Assembly (NCBI GenBank): GCA_951406725.2
Contig: OX597826.1
Coordinates: 4,774,001-4,838,000, forward strand
Direction: 5' to 3'
Length of the DNA stretch: 64,000 nucleotides
Source: Octopus vulgaris
Lineage: Eukaryota
The translations under genes and the position numbers were made by a program. Below the pieces are notes generated by a model. That model worked only from the letters and a program-made list of their open reading frames with translations, was not told the DNA's origin and did not search any database. How positions within the stretch are numbered: the first letter of the stretch is position 1; each line of letters begins with the position of its first letter. Positions 27,593 through 42,139 of this stretch are shown one piece after another.

Positions 27593-28055
27593 TTTCTCTT
27601 TCTACCGCTGTGGGATATGATTTGTCTTAAGTTTGTCTTTTTGCCCTTACAGAAAAAGGTACATGAACATACCTCAAACTTCATCTACTACTACTATTGC
27701 TTTTGACTACTACTACTACTACTACTACTAATAATACTACTACTACTACTACTAATAATAATAATAATAATAATATTAATAACATTACTACTACTGCTAC
27801 TACTAATTCATTATTTGATGTCCTCGGAATTTCTGCATCAGTTATTTTATATATATTTTCTCGTTGTTTTTTTCCTCTATATTCTTTTGTTTTCATCGCT
27901 TGAAGCTACAACAGTAGTGTCTAGGTTTATAATTGTGTCTTTTGAAGTAATTCATTCATTAGATTCCATCTGAGCCAGTACTCCCCCTCCCCCCACGTCA
28001 CCAGCACCACCACCACCATCTTCCAACTACATCACTATACTTTACTTCACAAAAT

Positions 28056-28129
<74 letters not shown>

Positions 28130-28321
28130 TGCTGTTCGTTTGGGTGTAACAACAATGTAACCTGTGAAAATGATTTACATGGCGTTCCTGTAAATTTTCT
28201 CACCCATCAGGGACAAAGCGATCAATGTTTCTTCGTTTCACTAGTTCTTTCCGTTTTTTTTTTTATATATATATACAGGTAGATGTTTTATTCGTTTCAT
28301 CCACTCCCCTCACTCATTCTT

Positions 28322-28352
<31 letters not shown>

Positions 28353-28769
28353 AACACACACATATACACACCTTGTTTCTGATAGAATTATCCTGTCACT
28401 TGTGCTATCTCCAACGTCCTCCTTCGCTCTCATTCGCTCAATTTCGTTCATTTTCTATTTTAGGTCTTTCCTTCACTATCTCTTCATTTCTTGCTCTACA
28501 CCTTTCTTTCCTTTTCGTCCCTTTACTTATTTCAATTATCTTACCTTTCCTTCTCAGATTTTATCTCCTTCCCTTCTTTCAAATTTTTTCATTTTTTGCT
28601 TCTTTTCCTACTTCATTCCTTCAGCCTATTTTTCTAGGATTTTTTATATTGTTTTCTTCTAAATTTCTTCATCTTTTAATCCCCTTTCTTTAAATTTTTT
28701 GTTGTCTTTCTTCCTTCCCTTATTTTTACCCCTTGATTTCTTCTCACTTCTCACCATCCATCAATCAAT

Positions 28770-28907
<138 letters not shown>

Positions 28908-29159
28908 CATTCGTATTTTCCTCCTTAGAGCAATTTTAGTTGCTGACATATAATGCAAGAACTCTTTGTAAAACATATAACGTTTATCGTTTCACTCTTC
29001 CATTCTTTCTTTTGCTTTGCAACTTCTTTGTATTGTTTTTCTGTTTTTGTTCCATGTAAGGAATTAAACCTACATTTGTTTATAAGTTTGTTTTATATAG
29101 CATCACATTCTTCTATTCCTCGCCTTCTCAGGACACATTCACGCACCCACAGACACACA

Positions 29160-29202
<43 letters not shown>

Positions 29203-29369
29203 TATGTGTATATATGTGTATATGTGTATGTATATACATATGTATGTATATGTGTATATATGTGTATATGTGTATGTATATACATATGTATGTATATATA
29301 TATGTATGTATGCATATGTATATATATATATATATATATACACATATATATATATATATATATATACAC

Positions 29370-29405
<36 letters not shown>

Positions 29406-29448
29406 GTATATATGTATATATATATATACATATGTAGATATGTATGCA

Positions 29449-29630
29449 TGTGAATCGTTGGCGATTCTTTCCTCCGTCTTCCTTTTCTCCTGGACGTTCC
29501 TCTACTTCCTATTACTGAAGAAGAGTTTTGTTCGAAACGTAAAACTACATTTCTTTCTTTCCGTGAGCGTCTGCTAACACTTTGCTTGTACCACGTCCAT
29601 GTGTTGTTGTTTTTAGATTCATGTGTTTGT
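29449..29630 (+). mobile_element. Penelope-like terminal repeat fragment with minimal hammerhead core
   Basis: CTGAAGA-A-GAG-ttttg-TTC-GAAAC-GTA (29515-29541); downstream TTCC..TGAGCGT..CTAACAC homologous to the 17431 copy. Confidence 0.62.
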
Positions 29631-30007
29631 TCTGGGGCTATATTCAACGCCAAAATGAATAAATAACTAAGGAGATAAATAAAAATAGCGGGATGGTCAA
29701 AGATGGAATTCTTTCATAATAATTTTGCTAGTTTAGGTGTAAACAGAGGCTACTCAATAATAATAATGCCAACTGCGTATTCAGTAGTAGGAAAATCGTA
29801 ATGCCCTGAATGAAACCTTAAAAGAAATCTAAATTTAAGACAAGTGTATTATGTCTCTGCAGTGAAGTTAGACGAGAGGAATTGTTGTATTTGCTTAAAT
29901 GTATAAATTCACAGCGCATGTGGTGTAAACATTTTGACTGCGTTAAGGTAATATATTACTGGATAATTTCTCTTGTAACAGCTTTTGCAAACATGTGGAA
30001 AACAATA

Positions 30008-30038
<31 letters not shown>

Positions 30039-30117
30039 TCGATAAGCGGTGCTCCCATATTAAACTATTTTCTTTAGTCAATACACGGTGATCGCTTGTA
30101 AGCTTTAAGCTTTTACA

Positions 30118-30190
<73 letters not shown>

Positions 30191-30192
<2 letters not shown>

Positions 30193-30418
30193 CGAGCTGG
30201 CAGAAACGTTAGCGCGCCGGGCGAATTGCTTAGCGGTATTTCGTCTGTCGTTACGTTCTGAGTTCAAATTCCGCCGAAGTCGACTTTGCCTTTCATCCTT
30301 TCGGGGTCGATAAATAAAGTACCAGTTTCGCACTGGGGTCGGTATAATCGACTAAATCACTTTGTCCTTGTTTGTCCCCTCTATCTTTGGCCCCTTGTGG
30401 TCAGTAAAGAATTGAATA
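30191..30418 (+). mobile_element. SINE family A, full length, tail type 2
   Basis: GGCGAGCTGGCAGAAACGTTAGCGCGCCGG...GAGTTCAAATTCC...CCCCTTGTGGTCAGTAAAGAA, inserted in (TA)n. Confidence 0.93.
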
Positions 30419-30424
30419 TATATA

Positions 30425-30455
<31 letters not shown>

Positions 30456-31385
30456 TGTAACGGGATCAGTGGAGCAATCGTTGTGAGATGTAGCTTATTA
30501 GTCCTAATCTTAAAAAAAATACCGTGCATAGAAAACAGAAGTCTCGTTAATTCATCAATAAATTTACTAATCAATGCATCAAATACAGTTTGTGCTGCTT
30601 CGAGGAAATTTCTGAAAATTCCGTTTAGGTATCAGGTATTACACAACTCTATTTTGGAAGCAGTAGGTTGCTCATAATGCAACAAACAAATCTGTTTAAA
30701 AATGGGATGGAATAGGTCATGGAGTACTACACTTGTTTCAAAAGCACATCGGGTATATGTTACGTAATGTTACGATTCTCCTGCAACTGTCCGGTGAGAT
30801 TCCTCGTTAAATATATGTATCCTTGTTCTCTTTGTTTCTACTGAAGTTATTCTTTTGCAAAATTGGGGCCTGAGAAAAAAAATGTTAGAACATATTGGTA
30901 TTTGGGAAGAACATGGCGTGCATTATTAACCGAATAATTTAGGTGACCGAGGTGCGGTTTAATTTTGTTGTCAGTATATTCAAATTTTTGTAGTGGCTAG
31001 AGTAGATTATGGTAGATGTTTCTAGTAGTCCAGTTCTTGCATTCAACTTTGAGATAGATATATATGTAAGTGAAAAAAAAAAAATCTTCATGCTTCTGGT
31101 GAGAAAACATACCAGTCAGATGCAGGACATTCGTAATGTTACGTAAAATATATCCGATGTACTTTGGAAACAATTGTAGTGCTCTACGACCTCTTTATAA
31201 CCTCTTATTCACACACGCACACACACATACACACACACACTCGCATGCGCACACACCGACAAAACACCCACACACACCTATATATGTATTTGTCAATGTT
31301 TTTATATGTGTATGAGTGTGTCAGTCAGTCAGTCAGTCATGCATAAATACTATTGTTTTAAATCATGATATATAAGAAAGCAAGT

Positions 31386-31467
31386 CACTAATGTCTACTT
31401 TTTCTTCCTTTTTCAGGTAAGTACACATGCAAGAATTTTCTCCATTTGTTTCCAAATACAGGTAAGG
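31386..31467 (+). promoter_or_regulatory. Candidate recursive splice site(s) with 45-nt RS-exon
   Basis: Branch point CACTAAT (31386-92), polypyrimidine CTTTTTCTTCCTTTTT, CAG|GTAAGT (AG 31415-16); second pyrimidine-rich tract and CAG|GTAAGG (AG 31460-61). Confidence 0.6.
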
Positions 31468-31779
31468 TCTTGCAACACTTTTCATTAATGATCGGAATAA
31501 TACAATATTGATATGGCCACAATTAATTGCTTGCCCAATCACTGACACTCACACGAATGCAACGTGAATATAACGTGCCTTAGATGCTATCAAACGAAGA
31601 ATACACTGAGAGCGGCGAGTAACAGTTCAGGAAATAAATAGAATGTGAAGGCAAGGAACCGGTGTATCAGACGTAAATTAGAAAATGCAGAATAATAACG
31701 ATATAAGAAGATTGGTATCATGACATTATAATAATGTTATAAAATATTGCTGACGTGGAGAAGGGAGGGTTGTATGCAT

Positions 31780-31875
31780 GGACGACTGCTGGTCTTCTGA
31801 AAAGCAACCTTGCCTCGAAGGGTAACACATCCCAGGTACAATCCGATGGTCATTGATGACCGAAGGAGGTCTATG
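31780..31875 (+). mobile_element. Probable SINE 3' fragment
   Basis: GGTCTTC...CAACCTTGCCTCGAAGGGTAAC...GGTCATTGATGACC hairpin...GAAGGAGGTC; recalled as an octopus SINE tail, single copy here. Confidence 0.4.
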
Positions 31876-32190
31876 CAATATGTATTCATAAATATATGTG
31901 AAATATAATCATAAAATGGTATATATGTGTGGTGGGATGCGTGTGTGTGCGTGTATACACACACACATATATATGTATGTATATGCGCTTGCATGCTTAT
32001 ATACATCCACGCACCGACACATATTTTGTGCACGAGAGAGGGTCCTTTTCTATGGCGGTCTAGTGACTGTGTTCATGTAATCATCAGGCGAAAGACATTC
32101 CAAAACACAAATTCCATTTCCACAAAAATATAAACCCACAAACAGGCCAAAAATAACACACACACACACATATACTGTTATATATATATT

Positions 32191-32244
<54 letters not shown>

Positions 32245-32296
32245 TATATATATATGAATATATATATGTATATATATTCATATATGTATATATAGA

Positions 32297-32346
<50 letters not shown>

Positions 32347-32803
32347 TGTATATATATAGGTGTGTATATGTGTGTATGTTTGCGTGTGTGTGTATGATTC
32401 TACTATGGTACACAAGCTGAGATATTTACGTTCTGTCCTTTCTATTTCGAAGTAGTGTATTTTATTCTCACATTGTCAAGATTTATACAGCTCTTTTATA
32501 TGGACGATTTAGAGCAATTTGCAATGGAATGTATATAGTTAACAAATCAATAAACGGCCACATCAGGCAATAAATTTTGACACTCGATATTACATTTCCG
32601 CAAAATATCGACATATATGCACACAATTCTATATATGTATGTACGCATGTATGTATGTATGTATGTACGTATGTATGTATGTATATATGCATGCATATAT
32701 GTATGCGTGTGTATATTCACACATATATATATATAGGTATATATGTATGTAGATATATGAATGTATGCATGCATGTGTATATTTGTATGCATATATGTGT
32801 GTG

Positions 32804-32846
<43 letters not shown>

Positions 32847-32979
32847 ATTTATATATTTGTGTATGTATATATATATATATATGTGTATATATATATGCAT
32901 CTATATATATAGTCATATATGTATGTGTATATATACACACATATATATATATATATATGTGTATATATATATATATATG

Positions 32980-33035
<56 letters not shown>

Positions 33036-33436
33036 TGTTCGTGTGAATGCTCCTCACTGTTTGCCCCAGTTCTTTAATCCAATGTACATTCCTTATCTGT
33101 TTTTTTTTTGTCTTTACCCTTTATTTTTCGTTTGCCACTCGCTTTCCCAAATATAATGAGTTCATGCACACAATTTTCTCTACTCTCACCACCAACACAA
33201 ATGTTTCTGCGCAGAGTGACACAATGTTACGTTGGAACAAGTGCACGCACGTTCTTGGTTCCTTCGCTGCAAAAACCTTAAAAAGAAAAAACGAAAAAAA
33301 AAAAAAAAAAGGAAAGAATATGGAAAAGAGAAAAAAAAAACAAAAAGTAAAAACTCATATTACTTTGATTGATTTATTTACTCTGCAATTTCTAATTCAT
33401 TCTATTTTTTCACGCTATGCACACTGAGACATATAC

Positions 33437-33480
<44 letters not shown>

Positions 33481-33765
33481 ACACACACACAGGCACAAAT
33501 ATATATGAAGTGTGTAGACCCGATGCATATACATGCAGAAATATGCTCTGTGTGTGTATGTGTAGTGGAAGAGAGTGGAAGAAAGTTATACGTTAGAGAG
33601 AGAGAGAGGGAGGGGAGAGTGAGAGAAGGAAAGGAAGAATGAAAGAGAGAAAGAAAGAAAGAAAGAAAGAAAGAAAAAGGATTGTATGTCCGATAGACAG
33701 ACAAATAGATATATTGATAGACAGACAGATGGATAGATATTAGATAGATATATATATAGATAAAT

Positions 33766-34070
33766 AGATAGGTAGGTAAGTAGGTAGATTGGAATGTAGG
33801 TAGGTAGTAAGATAGGTGGGTAGACAAATAGATAGGTAGACAGACAGACAGACTGATATACAGACAGGCAGGCAGCTAGATAGATAAAGAGATAGATAGA
33901 TAGATAGATAGATAGATAGGTAGGTAAGTAGGTAGATAGGAAAGTAGGTAGGTAGGTAGGATGGTAGGTAGGTAGGTAGACAAATAGATAGGTAGACAGA
34001 CAGACAGATTGACTGATAGACAGACTGGCAGGCAGCTAGATAGATAAAGAGATGGATAGATAGATAGATA
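33766..34070. repeat. ~155-bp tandem duplication inside a compound (TAGR/CAGA) microsatellite
   Basis: TAGACAAATAGATAGGTAGACAGACAGACAGA...GGCAGGCAGCTAGATAGATAAAGAGAT occurs at ~33821 and ~33977. Confidence 0.8.
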
Positions 34071-34866
34071 GTTAAATAGATAGAAACGGTGAAAGACTTC
34101 GTACTACACTGATTTCCCTATTAATAATATTGTCACATTCAGACAACAAATCATTTTCGCGTTTTTATTCGAAGACTTCGAAAACGATGTTAAAGAACAA
34201 ACATTATGCGTAGGCCAGGGATTATTCTTTCTTTGGTCTACTTTAATCCAGCACCACACATATTTTTATCCATTGTATTACTGTAATTCCCATCCCGTCG
34301 ATTATTCATCGAAATTCTAAGAAATATTCCTTCGTCCTTTGCAATTGCTATTTCTAAACCGTTCGTTCTTTCTCCTCTCCGCGCAGAGAAGAATGTACGC
34401 AAGAAAGCTCGTCTCGTATAAAGAAAAAAAACATGAAATTAGAGAAATAACTTGACGACAATAACAAAATATTTAATAATAATAATAATAATACGAAGAA
34501 GAAGAAGAAGAATAACAATAATAACAATAACAAACTACAACAACATCAATAATAATATTGATAGCAATAACAAAATCAGCAGCAATAATAATAATAATGA
34601 TAATAATAATAATAATAATAATAATAACTACAATAATAATAAGAACACATCAACGACCCCAGAAGTAGCAGTAGTTGCAGCAGCAACAGCAGTTGTAGTA
34701 GTAGTAGTAGTAGTAGTAGTAGTTTCTCGTTGCAACAAGCATGGCGGATGAGTCGACATTAAAAGGATCACTTGGAAAACGGAGGGGAGAGTTGGGGATT
34801 ACTCAGAAGGAAATACGGGAAAAAATTTTAATTATTAAAATCCATGATGATGTTATGATCATCATT

Positions 34867-34919
<53 letters not shown>

Positions 34920-36056
34920 TTTTGGCGGTTGATTATGGTGTTGAAGACGGGGACGACGTTGAGGATGATGATGATACAAAGATTACTATGGTGATATTGT
35001 GAGGATGGTGATAATGATGCGTGAGGCGATAGGAGGAGGTGGAAGAAGAGGTAGTAGTAGTAGAAGAAGAAGAAGACGAAGAAGAAGGAGATGATGAAGA
35101 CGAAGAAGAATTTGATAGTGTTAATGATGATGTTGGTGATGAAGAAAATGAAGACGACGACGAAGAAGAAGAAGAAAACGAAAAAGAAGAGGAAGAAAAA
35201 GAAGAGGAAGAAAAAGAAGAAGAAAATGAAGAAGCAGAAGCACAGCACAGGCATTTTGATTGGCCATGCACATCTCTTTGAAAATATCGCCGCCAAACTC
35301 AATCAGTGTGATGAAAGGCAGGAGTGAAATTGGTGTCGGAGACGGGTGGGAGTGGGGTGGAGAAACGGGTTGGGGGTGGCGGTGGCGGTATTGAAAGGCG
35401 AGGATTGGGGATGGCGTTGTATGAAAGAATGTGAATGAAGTTAGACAAACGATGAATGAATAAGATGTAGTTTGATAACGAAAGACGATGATAACTAAGC
35501 AATAAGAAAGAATAAAGAAAGAATTAAATGACAAATAAATGACAGAACAGAAGACAATGAGGGAGGAGAGGGGGGAGTTGAAGAAGAAGGATTTGGAAAA
35601 GGAAGAAGTGGGGTAAGATGGGGAGGAGAAGGAGAAAAGGAAAACGGAAGGGATGAGGACAGGAAGAGGAAGTTGGTAATATAAACAAAACAACAACAAA
35701 ACAAAAAATGGCGAAGTGATGGAATGCAATATAAAATATAAATTTGCCGGGTCCTATTCAACAGTCTGATTGAAAAGGGGAAGGTGTATCGACAGTAGCA
35801 GCATTCCCATCGTATTCATCATCGTGATAATATTCCTCCTTTTCCTTATTAACATCATCCTCATCACCATCATCATCACCATCATCGTCATCGTCATCAT
35901 AATCATCGTCATTGACCTCCTCCTCCTCATCATCGTCGGCGTCGTCGTGGTGTTCATCATCAGCACCACCACCATCACCAGTATTACGATCGCTATAAAT
36001 CGGCAAAGTCCTCATCGATTCATATAAAGGATTCGTACATTTGATATATAAAATTA

Positions 36057-36420
<364 letters not shown>

Positions 36421-36914
36421 TCAATCTAACAATCTATTTATATCCTTTCCTGCTCTACCTCCCTCCCCCCTCTCTCTTCCTACATATTACATAGATACGT
36501 ACACATACATACATACATACATACATATATTTATAGTCTGTGTGTTTCTTTTTCTCCCTCTCTCCCTCCCTCTCTCTCATTGTGCTTGAGCGCGGGAATC
36601 GGTGTTGATATAAACATATATACACTTTTTGATGTGTGTGTGTGGGGGGGAGGGGGTAGGAGGGAGAGATAAAGAGTGAAGGAAACAGATAGCATACACT
36701 CTGCAACTGTGTATTTTGTTTTTGTTGTTGTTTTTTGATCTGCACATTCCGCGCCAATTCAAACAATTTGTAATATAAGGAAATTATTAACACGTATAAA
36801 AGCAGCGAAGTATAGGGAGAAAAATGCTTGCGTGTTACAAGGGAGAAACAAACGTAAAAAACGAATGGATAAGATGAAATATTGGGAACGTAAAATATGG
36901 CAGGCAGGCAGATA

Positions 36915-36962
<48 letters not shown>

Positions 36963-37049
36963 CAGAGACAGAGACAGAGATGTAGAGAAATAGAGACAGA
37001 TAAAGAGATGAAGCGATACATAGATGTATGTTTAGATATATATATATAT

Positions 37050-37082
<33 letters not shown>

Positions 37083-37879
37083 TGAATATATATATATATA
37101 TATATAGATAGATAGATAGATAGATAGACAGATCGATATATAGATAGATAGATGGATAGATTGATAGATATAGATAGATAGATAGATAGATAGACAAATA
37201 AATAAATAGCAATAAATATATAGCTATATATATATATATATATATAAAGAGAGAGAGAGGGAGAGAGGTAGATAGATAGATAGATTGCAATAAATACTGA
37301 TAAGCAGAGATACAGGAATAAACTAATAGAATAAGGTCAGGGAGAGATTGGGAGAGGAGTCAGAGTGAATAATATAAAAGAGCTGATGGTGTGTTACAAG
37401 CAACTGCAAAAATATATAGTGAGAAAATAGACAGAATCAACGTGTTCATGTGCGCATGCGCATGGGATGATTGTGCTTGTCTCACTGTCTAGGTGTGTAA
37501 GAACATCTCTGTTTCTGTGCGTGTGTGTGTGTGTATGCGATTTGTGTTCTATTGCTTCTCTCGATGTATCTCTTTTCCGTATCCCTCTGTCTCTCCCTTT
37601 CTAGCCCTCACGTTTTCTCTCTCTCTCTCTCTTTCTCTGTTTATACGACTGTTCTCTGTGTGTCTGTACGGTTGTAGTGAAAGTTATTAAAAACTGCTTT
37701 AGGCCCCTAACACATCTTAGCAGATTAAAAATACCAAAGAAAGGTATGAGAACCACATAACTATATAAGGAATACAATGTGTTAGAAACATGGGCCGACA
37801 TGGGGAGAATAAAGAAACAAAAAACAAAACAAGAGGAAAGAAACACATACACACACATATATAGACATACATACATACA

Positions 37880-37930
<51 letters not shown>

Positions 37931-38512
37931 AATGGAACAAGATGGGCTCCAGGAAAGTAATTTCAATATGGACTTATAGGTAAAGAGCTGGGGATGGGTA
38001 ATACGTGTAACTGGCAATAAGACTCTGAGATACAACAAAAAATAAAAAAAATAAAAAACAAATGCGAAAACAACGGGAAATACAGAAACAAAATTGATAA
38101 TCAAAATGGTGGCGAGCAAATGTGTGAGCGTGCGCTTGTATCTGTATACACACACAGACGCACGCATACACGCACGCACACACGCACATACAAGCGCGCG
38201 CACATACATATTGTACTTCTGTTGAGAAATATACAAGTGTTTCTAAAAGACCAATCGTAATATTTTTTGTGTTAGTGTGCGTGTGTGTAAGAGAGAGAGA
38301 GAGAGAGAGAGGTGTTTGGGTGAAAGAGAGAGTTTGTGTGGGAGAAAGAGAGAGAGAGAGAGTGTGTGTGTATGAGTGAGAGTTTGTGTGCGAGAGAGAA
38401 ACAGAGAGAGAGAGAGAGAGAGATTGCGTATGTGTGTGTGTGCGCGCGCAAATGTGTGTTTGTGAGCTTATTAACATTTTATATAATTAAAGCTAAGCTA
38501 TGAATTATTACG

Positions 38513-38717
38513 CAGTAATCCCTCGACTATAGCAGGTATTACGTTCCAGAACCTCCCAGAGAAATAATAAAAATCTAAAAGAATATAATTGCCTATCGGA
38601 CACAGAAACTGGGATGTACTGAGGAGTCCGCGATATAAATTTACCTATATTAGACAGAAAAATCCGCCATGTACTGAGTGCGCGATAGGTGAACCGCGAT
38701 ATGGCGAAGGATTACTG
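38513..38717. mobile_element. Tc1/mariner-superfamily (Tigger/pogo-like) MITE
   Basis: TIRs CAGTAATCCCTCGACTATAGCAGG and (reverse complement) CAGTAATCCTTCGCCATATCGCGG; TA on the right flank, left TSD not intact. Confidence 0.8.
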
Positions 38718-39012
38718 TACGTAATATTGTTTTATATGAAGGTGTTGGTCCCACATATTCATGCCTACACGTACATATGCATAACTATTATACTTTAAGC
38801 AGCGAAGATCTTAAGAAAAAGTGTGTCTGTGTGTCTGTGTGCTTCTGTGTGTGTGTGTGTAACTTCGACAGCACGCAATTTCAAAAACTAAAAATTTGTA
38901 ACTAAAGATTTATACCTCATGGACATATTTGCATATATTCTCATTTTAGTTCTTGAAAACCAATGATTTATATCAAAACTTGATCTAGTTTCGCTTTCAC
39001 TTATATGATTTA

Positions 39013-39083
<71 letters not shown>

Positions 39084-39139
39084 CTCATGAGGCTGGAACT
39101 TATCTTGATTTTCAAGCCATTTAGGCTGAGAGTCCACGA

Positions 39140-39358
39140 ACAGTCACCCCTTGAATCGCAGGGCACGTCAGTCCGTCAATGTGTAAACCTGCATGCATCA
39201 TTAGTAATCATTTGATGCTGAGCAGGTATATGTACTGAATCACCGTTAAATAAAATGCCTTGCTCAAATATATAACATACCATCTGGTCCTAGATTCGAA
39301 CCCGCGACCTTAGTGATCGTTAACGCAACAAGCTAACCACTAGGTCACTTGCTTTCAC
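39140..39358 (-). mobile_element. tRNA-derived SINE family D, diverged
   Basis: Minus strand TGACCTAGTGGTTAGC...GGGTTCGAATCT...TTTGAGCAAGGCATTTT. Confidence 0.7.
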
Positions 39359-39605
39359 ATGTTATAAGATGGGAATGCTAATGTAGTCTGATATGATGAT
39401 ATAAGATTATGTTACATGCTACTGGCTGGTTATCGTGGTGAAACGTTATCTATAAGTCTTCTTCTGTTACTTTCCAATTAAATTTGGATTATACCCGGAC
39501 CAAAGTGGTTATTTACAGCATTTTGATTTACGTTTCATCTGACAATCATATGTACTAAGCACCCTGCTGCTTCACAACGCATAAATGTGTACATGTTTTT
39601 ATCTC

Positions 39606-39657
<52 letters not shown>

Positions 39658-40292
39658 TGCGTACAAGTGCAATAATCTATTAAGTATCCTGTATTTGATT
39701 TCCGTATTTCTTTACATTCGTGTTAATATCTCCGTACGTACACGGGTTTTCCACCGCACCCCTTCTAAAATACAAACACACATCATACCACGCTACACTC
39801 AATCAGATGTTCATACTCACACATATGCTTATTTTTGTATTCGTGTACATATGCATAGCTGTGTCTGAGGATAAAACAAAGAGTATTCATAATTATTTAA
39901 ATCCAAAAGACTTGGTTGTGCAATCAACATATCTAGTTGCAGTTAGACTTGGAATAAGCTGAGGTTTGGCTTATGTGCATCTAAGACTACATTATCCAGC
40001 ATACACATTTTCTTTCAAGCTGGTGCTGTGTGATATGATGGCGGTGAAGGTGATGGCTTATTGGTTACGTTGGTGAGCTCTTGGGTGGAATATAAATTTG
40101 ATCTCAAGACAACGTACCATCCTTCTTAAGTAAGAATTGCATCTTCTTCAGAGTAACATCCCGCGGACGATTAGTCATAAGCCTTGTAAATACAAAATAT
40201 CGACAGTCATTGATGGTTATCGCAAACTTGGTATAATGGTTCAAATTAGTTAATTATAAATAATTAAAGGACAAAACCTATTGGAATGTAAT

Positions 40293-40807
40293 TTTATTAT
40301 TATTATTGAGTGAGAGCTGTGCATGACATCAAAGTGACACTGGAGTAAAATATACGAAGCCCAGTATACCCATCATGACTACCCTTCGGATAAGGGTGCA
40401 TCAGGCACATGCATCACAACCATATGTGTGCGACAGGGTGATCTCATATCAAGACAAACAGCACATGACTTTGCAGGTGGGGCCCAGTTAGAATTTTCTT
40501 CAGGTTCAGTAGCCCATGACACTCAAGGTGTCACTGAATAAGGGTTGTTTAAGGATGTTGAACGAACCACCCATGTTTCCAAAGGTGAATTATCCAAACC
40601 CCAAAGAATCCCTCTCAACACATGGCTATGATGCTCCCCAACTACTTCAGGTTGTGATCAAAGATGCATATATTGTCAGCCACTAAGGGACATGCTCAGC
40701 TGGTTAAGGTCAAACAACTGACAAGCAAAATCGGTGGTACTGAGCAGAATATTTGCTGCAGCCCATCTTTTATACCAAGACGGAACAATGTACATAATAA
40801 CACTTCC
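40293..40807 (-). mobile_element. Interspersed repeat, probable LINE 3' UTR with (TAA)n tail
   Basis: ~500-bp complex-sequence block between (TTA)n arrays, with small hairpins (TGACAC-TCAAG-GTGTCA); recalled as an abundant octopus repeat; class and strand inferred. Confidence 0.5.
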
Positions 40808-40828
40808 TATTATATTATTATCATTATT

Positions 40829-40918
<90 letters not shown>

Positions 40919-41469
40919 TCATTTCCAACCTATATCTCCTCTCCTCTCCGAATGATAATCGTTTCAAATTCTGTTGCTTCTATTGCTGTTCTATTTTTAA
41001 TATATCATTGTATTTCAATTAAATGCGATCAATGTTTTAACCCAATTACAACCAAAATCATTGACCTAGATACTGCTATCAATGTTCCTCGTATTTAAAA
41101 CATTATTTCGACTTGTTGATTCTATTAACGCCGACATCCTTACTATTTTTAGTATCAGTTTCGTTGTTTCTATTGTTACTATACAGTCTATTAACATTTT
41201 ATACTTTTATACATGTTGATATTTTGGTTGCGGTTGCTTGGCAACAACACTAGAGAAGCGGGGGAAAATATCTTGAGGCATTTAGTTATGATTTTTTCCT
41301 ATCTTAGTTCAAATCCCAATTGCGAACGACTTAACTTTCTTTCTTAAATAATTGATAAAATAATAATAATGATAATAATAATAATAATTTCAAGTCAAAT
41401 GTAGGATAACATTCAATTATATTTCTTCTCTCAAATTGAATGATTTTGGCAAATTAATGTATTTTGTTA

Positions 41470-42139
41470 TCTATATATATAAATCTGAAGTTGTCTCTGT
41501 GTGGGTGTGGCAGGTTTAGTAGCCTTCAACTAACACTGTCTCCTCCAAGACCCAGCGGCGCAAGCTGACCAAAATTGAAATTATGATAGACGGCTTGCTC
41601 TTCATTCCGTAGAAAGAAAAAAAATTCAAATCGGACCATTATTTGACTGCTATGTCGCCATTTTTCGGTGTATTTCAACCAGAAAAATGTTCACTTAAAG
41701 AGAATAACAAGCTACATAACGCATAATTTTTACTTTTCAAAAATTCCAATTCTAAAGGGTTGAAAATAATTTTTTTGTGATGTCATGGATCTTGAGCGAA
41801 CGACGTATTTTCCTGTACTTCTTCTTAATGAAAACTGTTGCAGTGTTGACTTCCTAATATATTTTCAGCGCAGTTCGAAACTTGAGCTTCATTTTGCTTT
41901 AAATCTACGGGTAATATTTTCTCCATAATGTTAATAGACAGAATATTAACCAACAATATCAACAATTGATGTCGGCATTACACATTTGCAGCACATTCAG
42001 AGCAAACTCGAGCATCGTCACACTATACTTTTATTCATAGATTGAAACTATGTCAAAACTTTTTTAACGCGACATCAAAGTCTGCCGTTTTAAACGCAAC
42101 TAAAAAACAAACCCGAGCAACGCCGGGCTATACTGGTAG
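41470..42139 (+). mobile_element. Non-autonomous Helitron
   Basis: A|TCTATATATATAAA start; 3' hairpin CCCG-A-GC-AAC-GC-CGGG (42112-27) then GTAG|T (CTAG with one change); A/T target. Confidence 0.85.

Noticed and set aside
35039-35281. Acidic E/D-rich ORF
   Set aside because: Mosaic of GAA/GAT/GTA triplet repeats, no ATG start, no splice context.
35344-35397. G-quadruplex-prone G runs
   Set aside because: Part of purine-rich low-complexity sequence; nothing suggests function.
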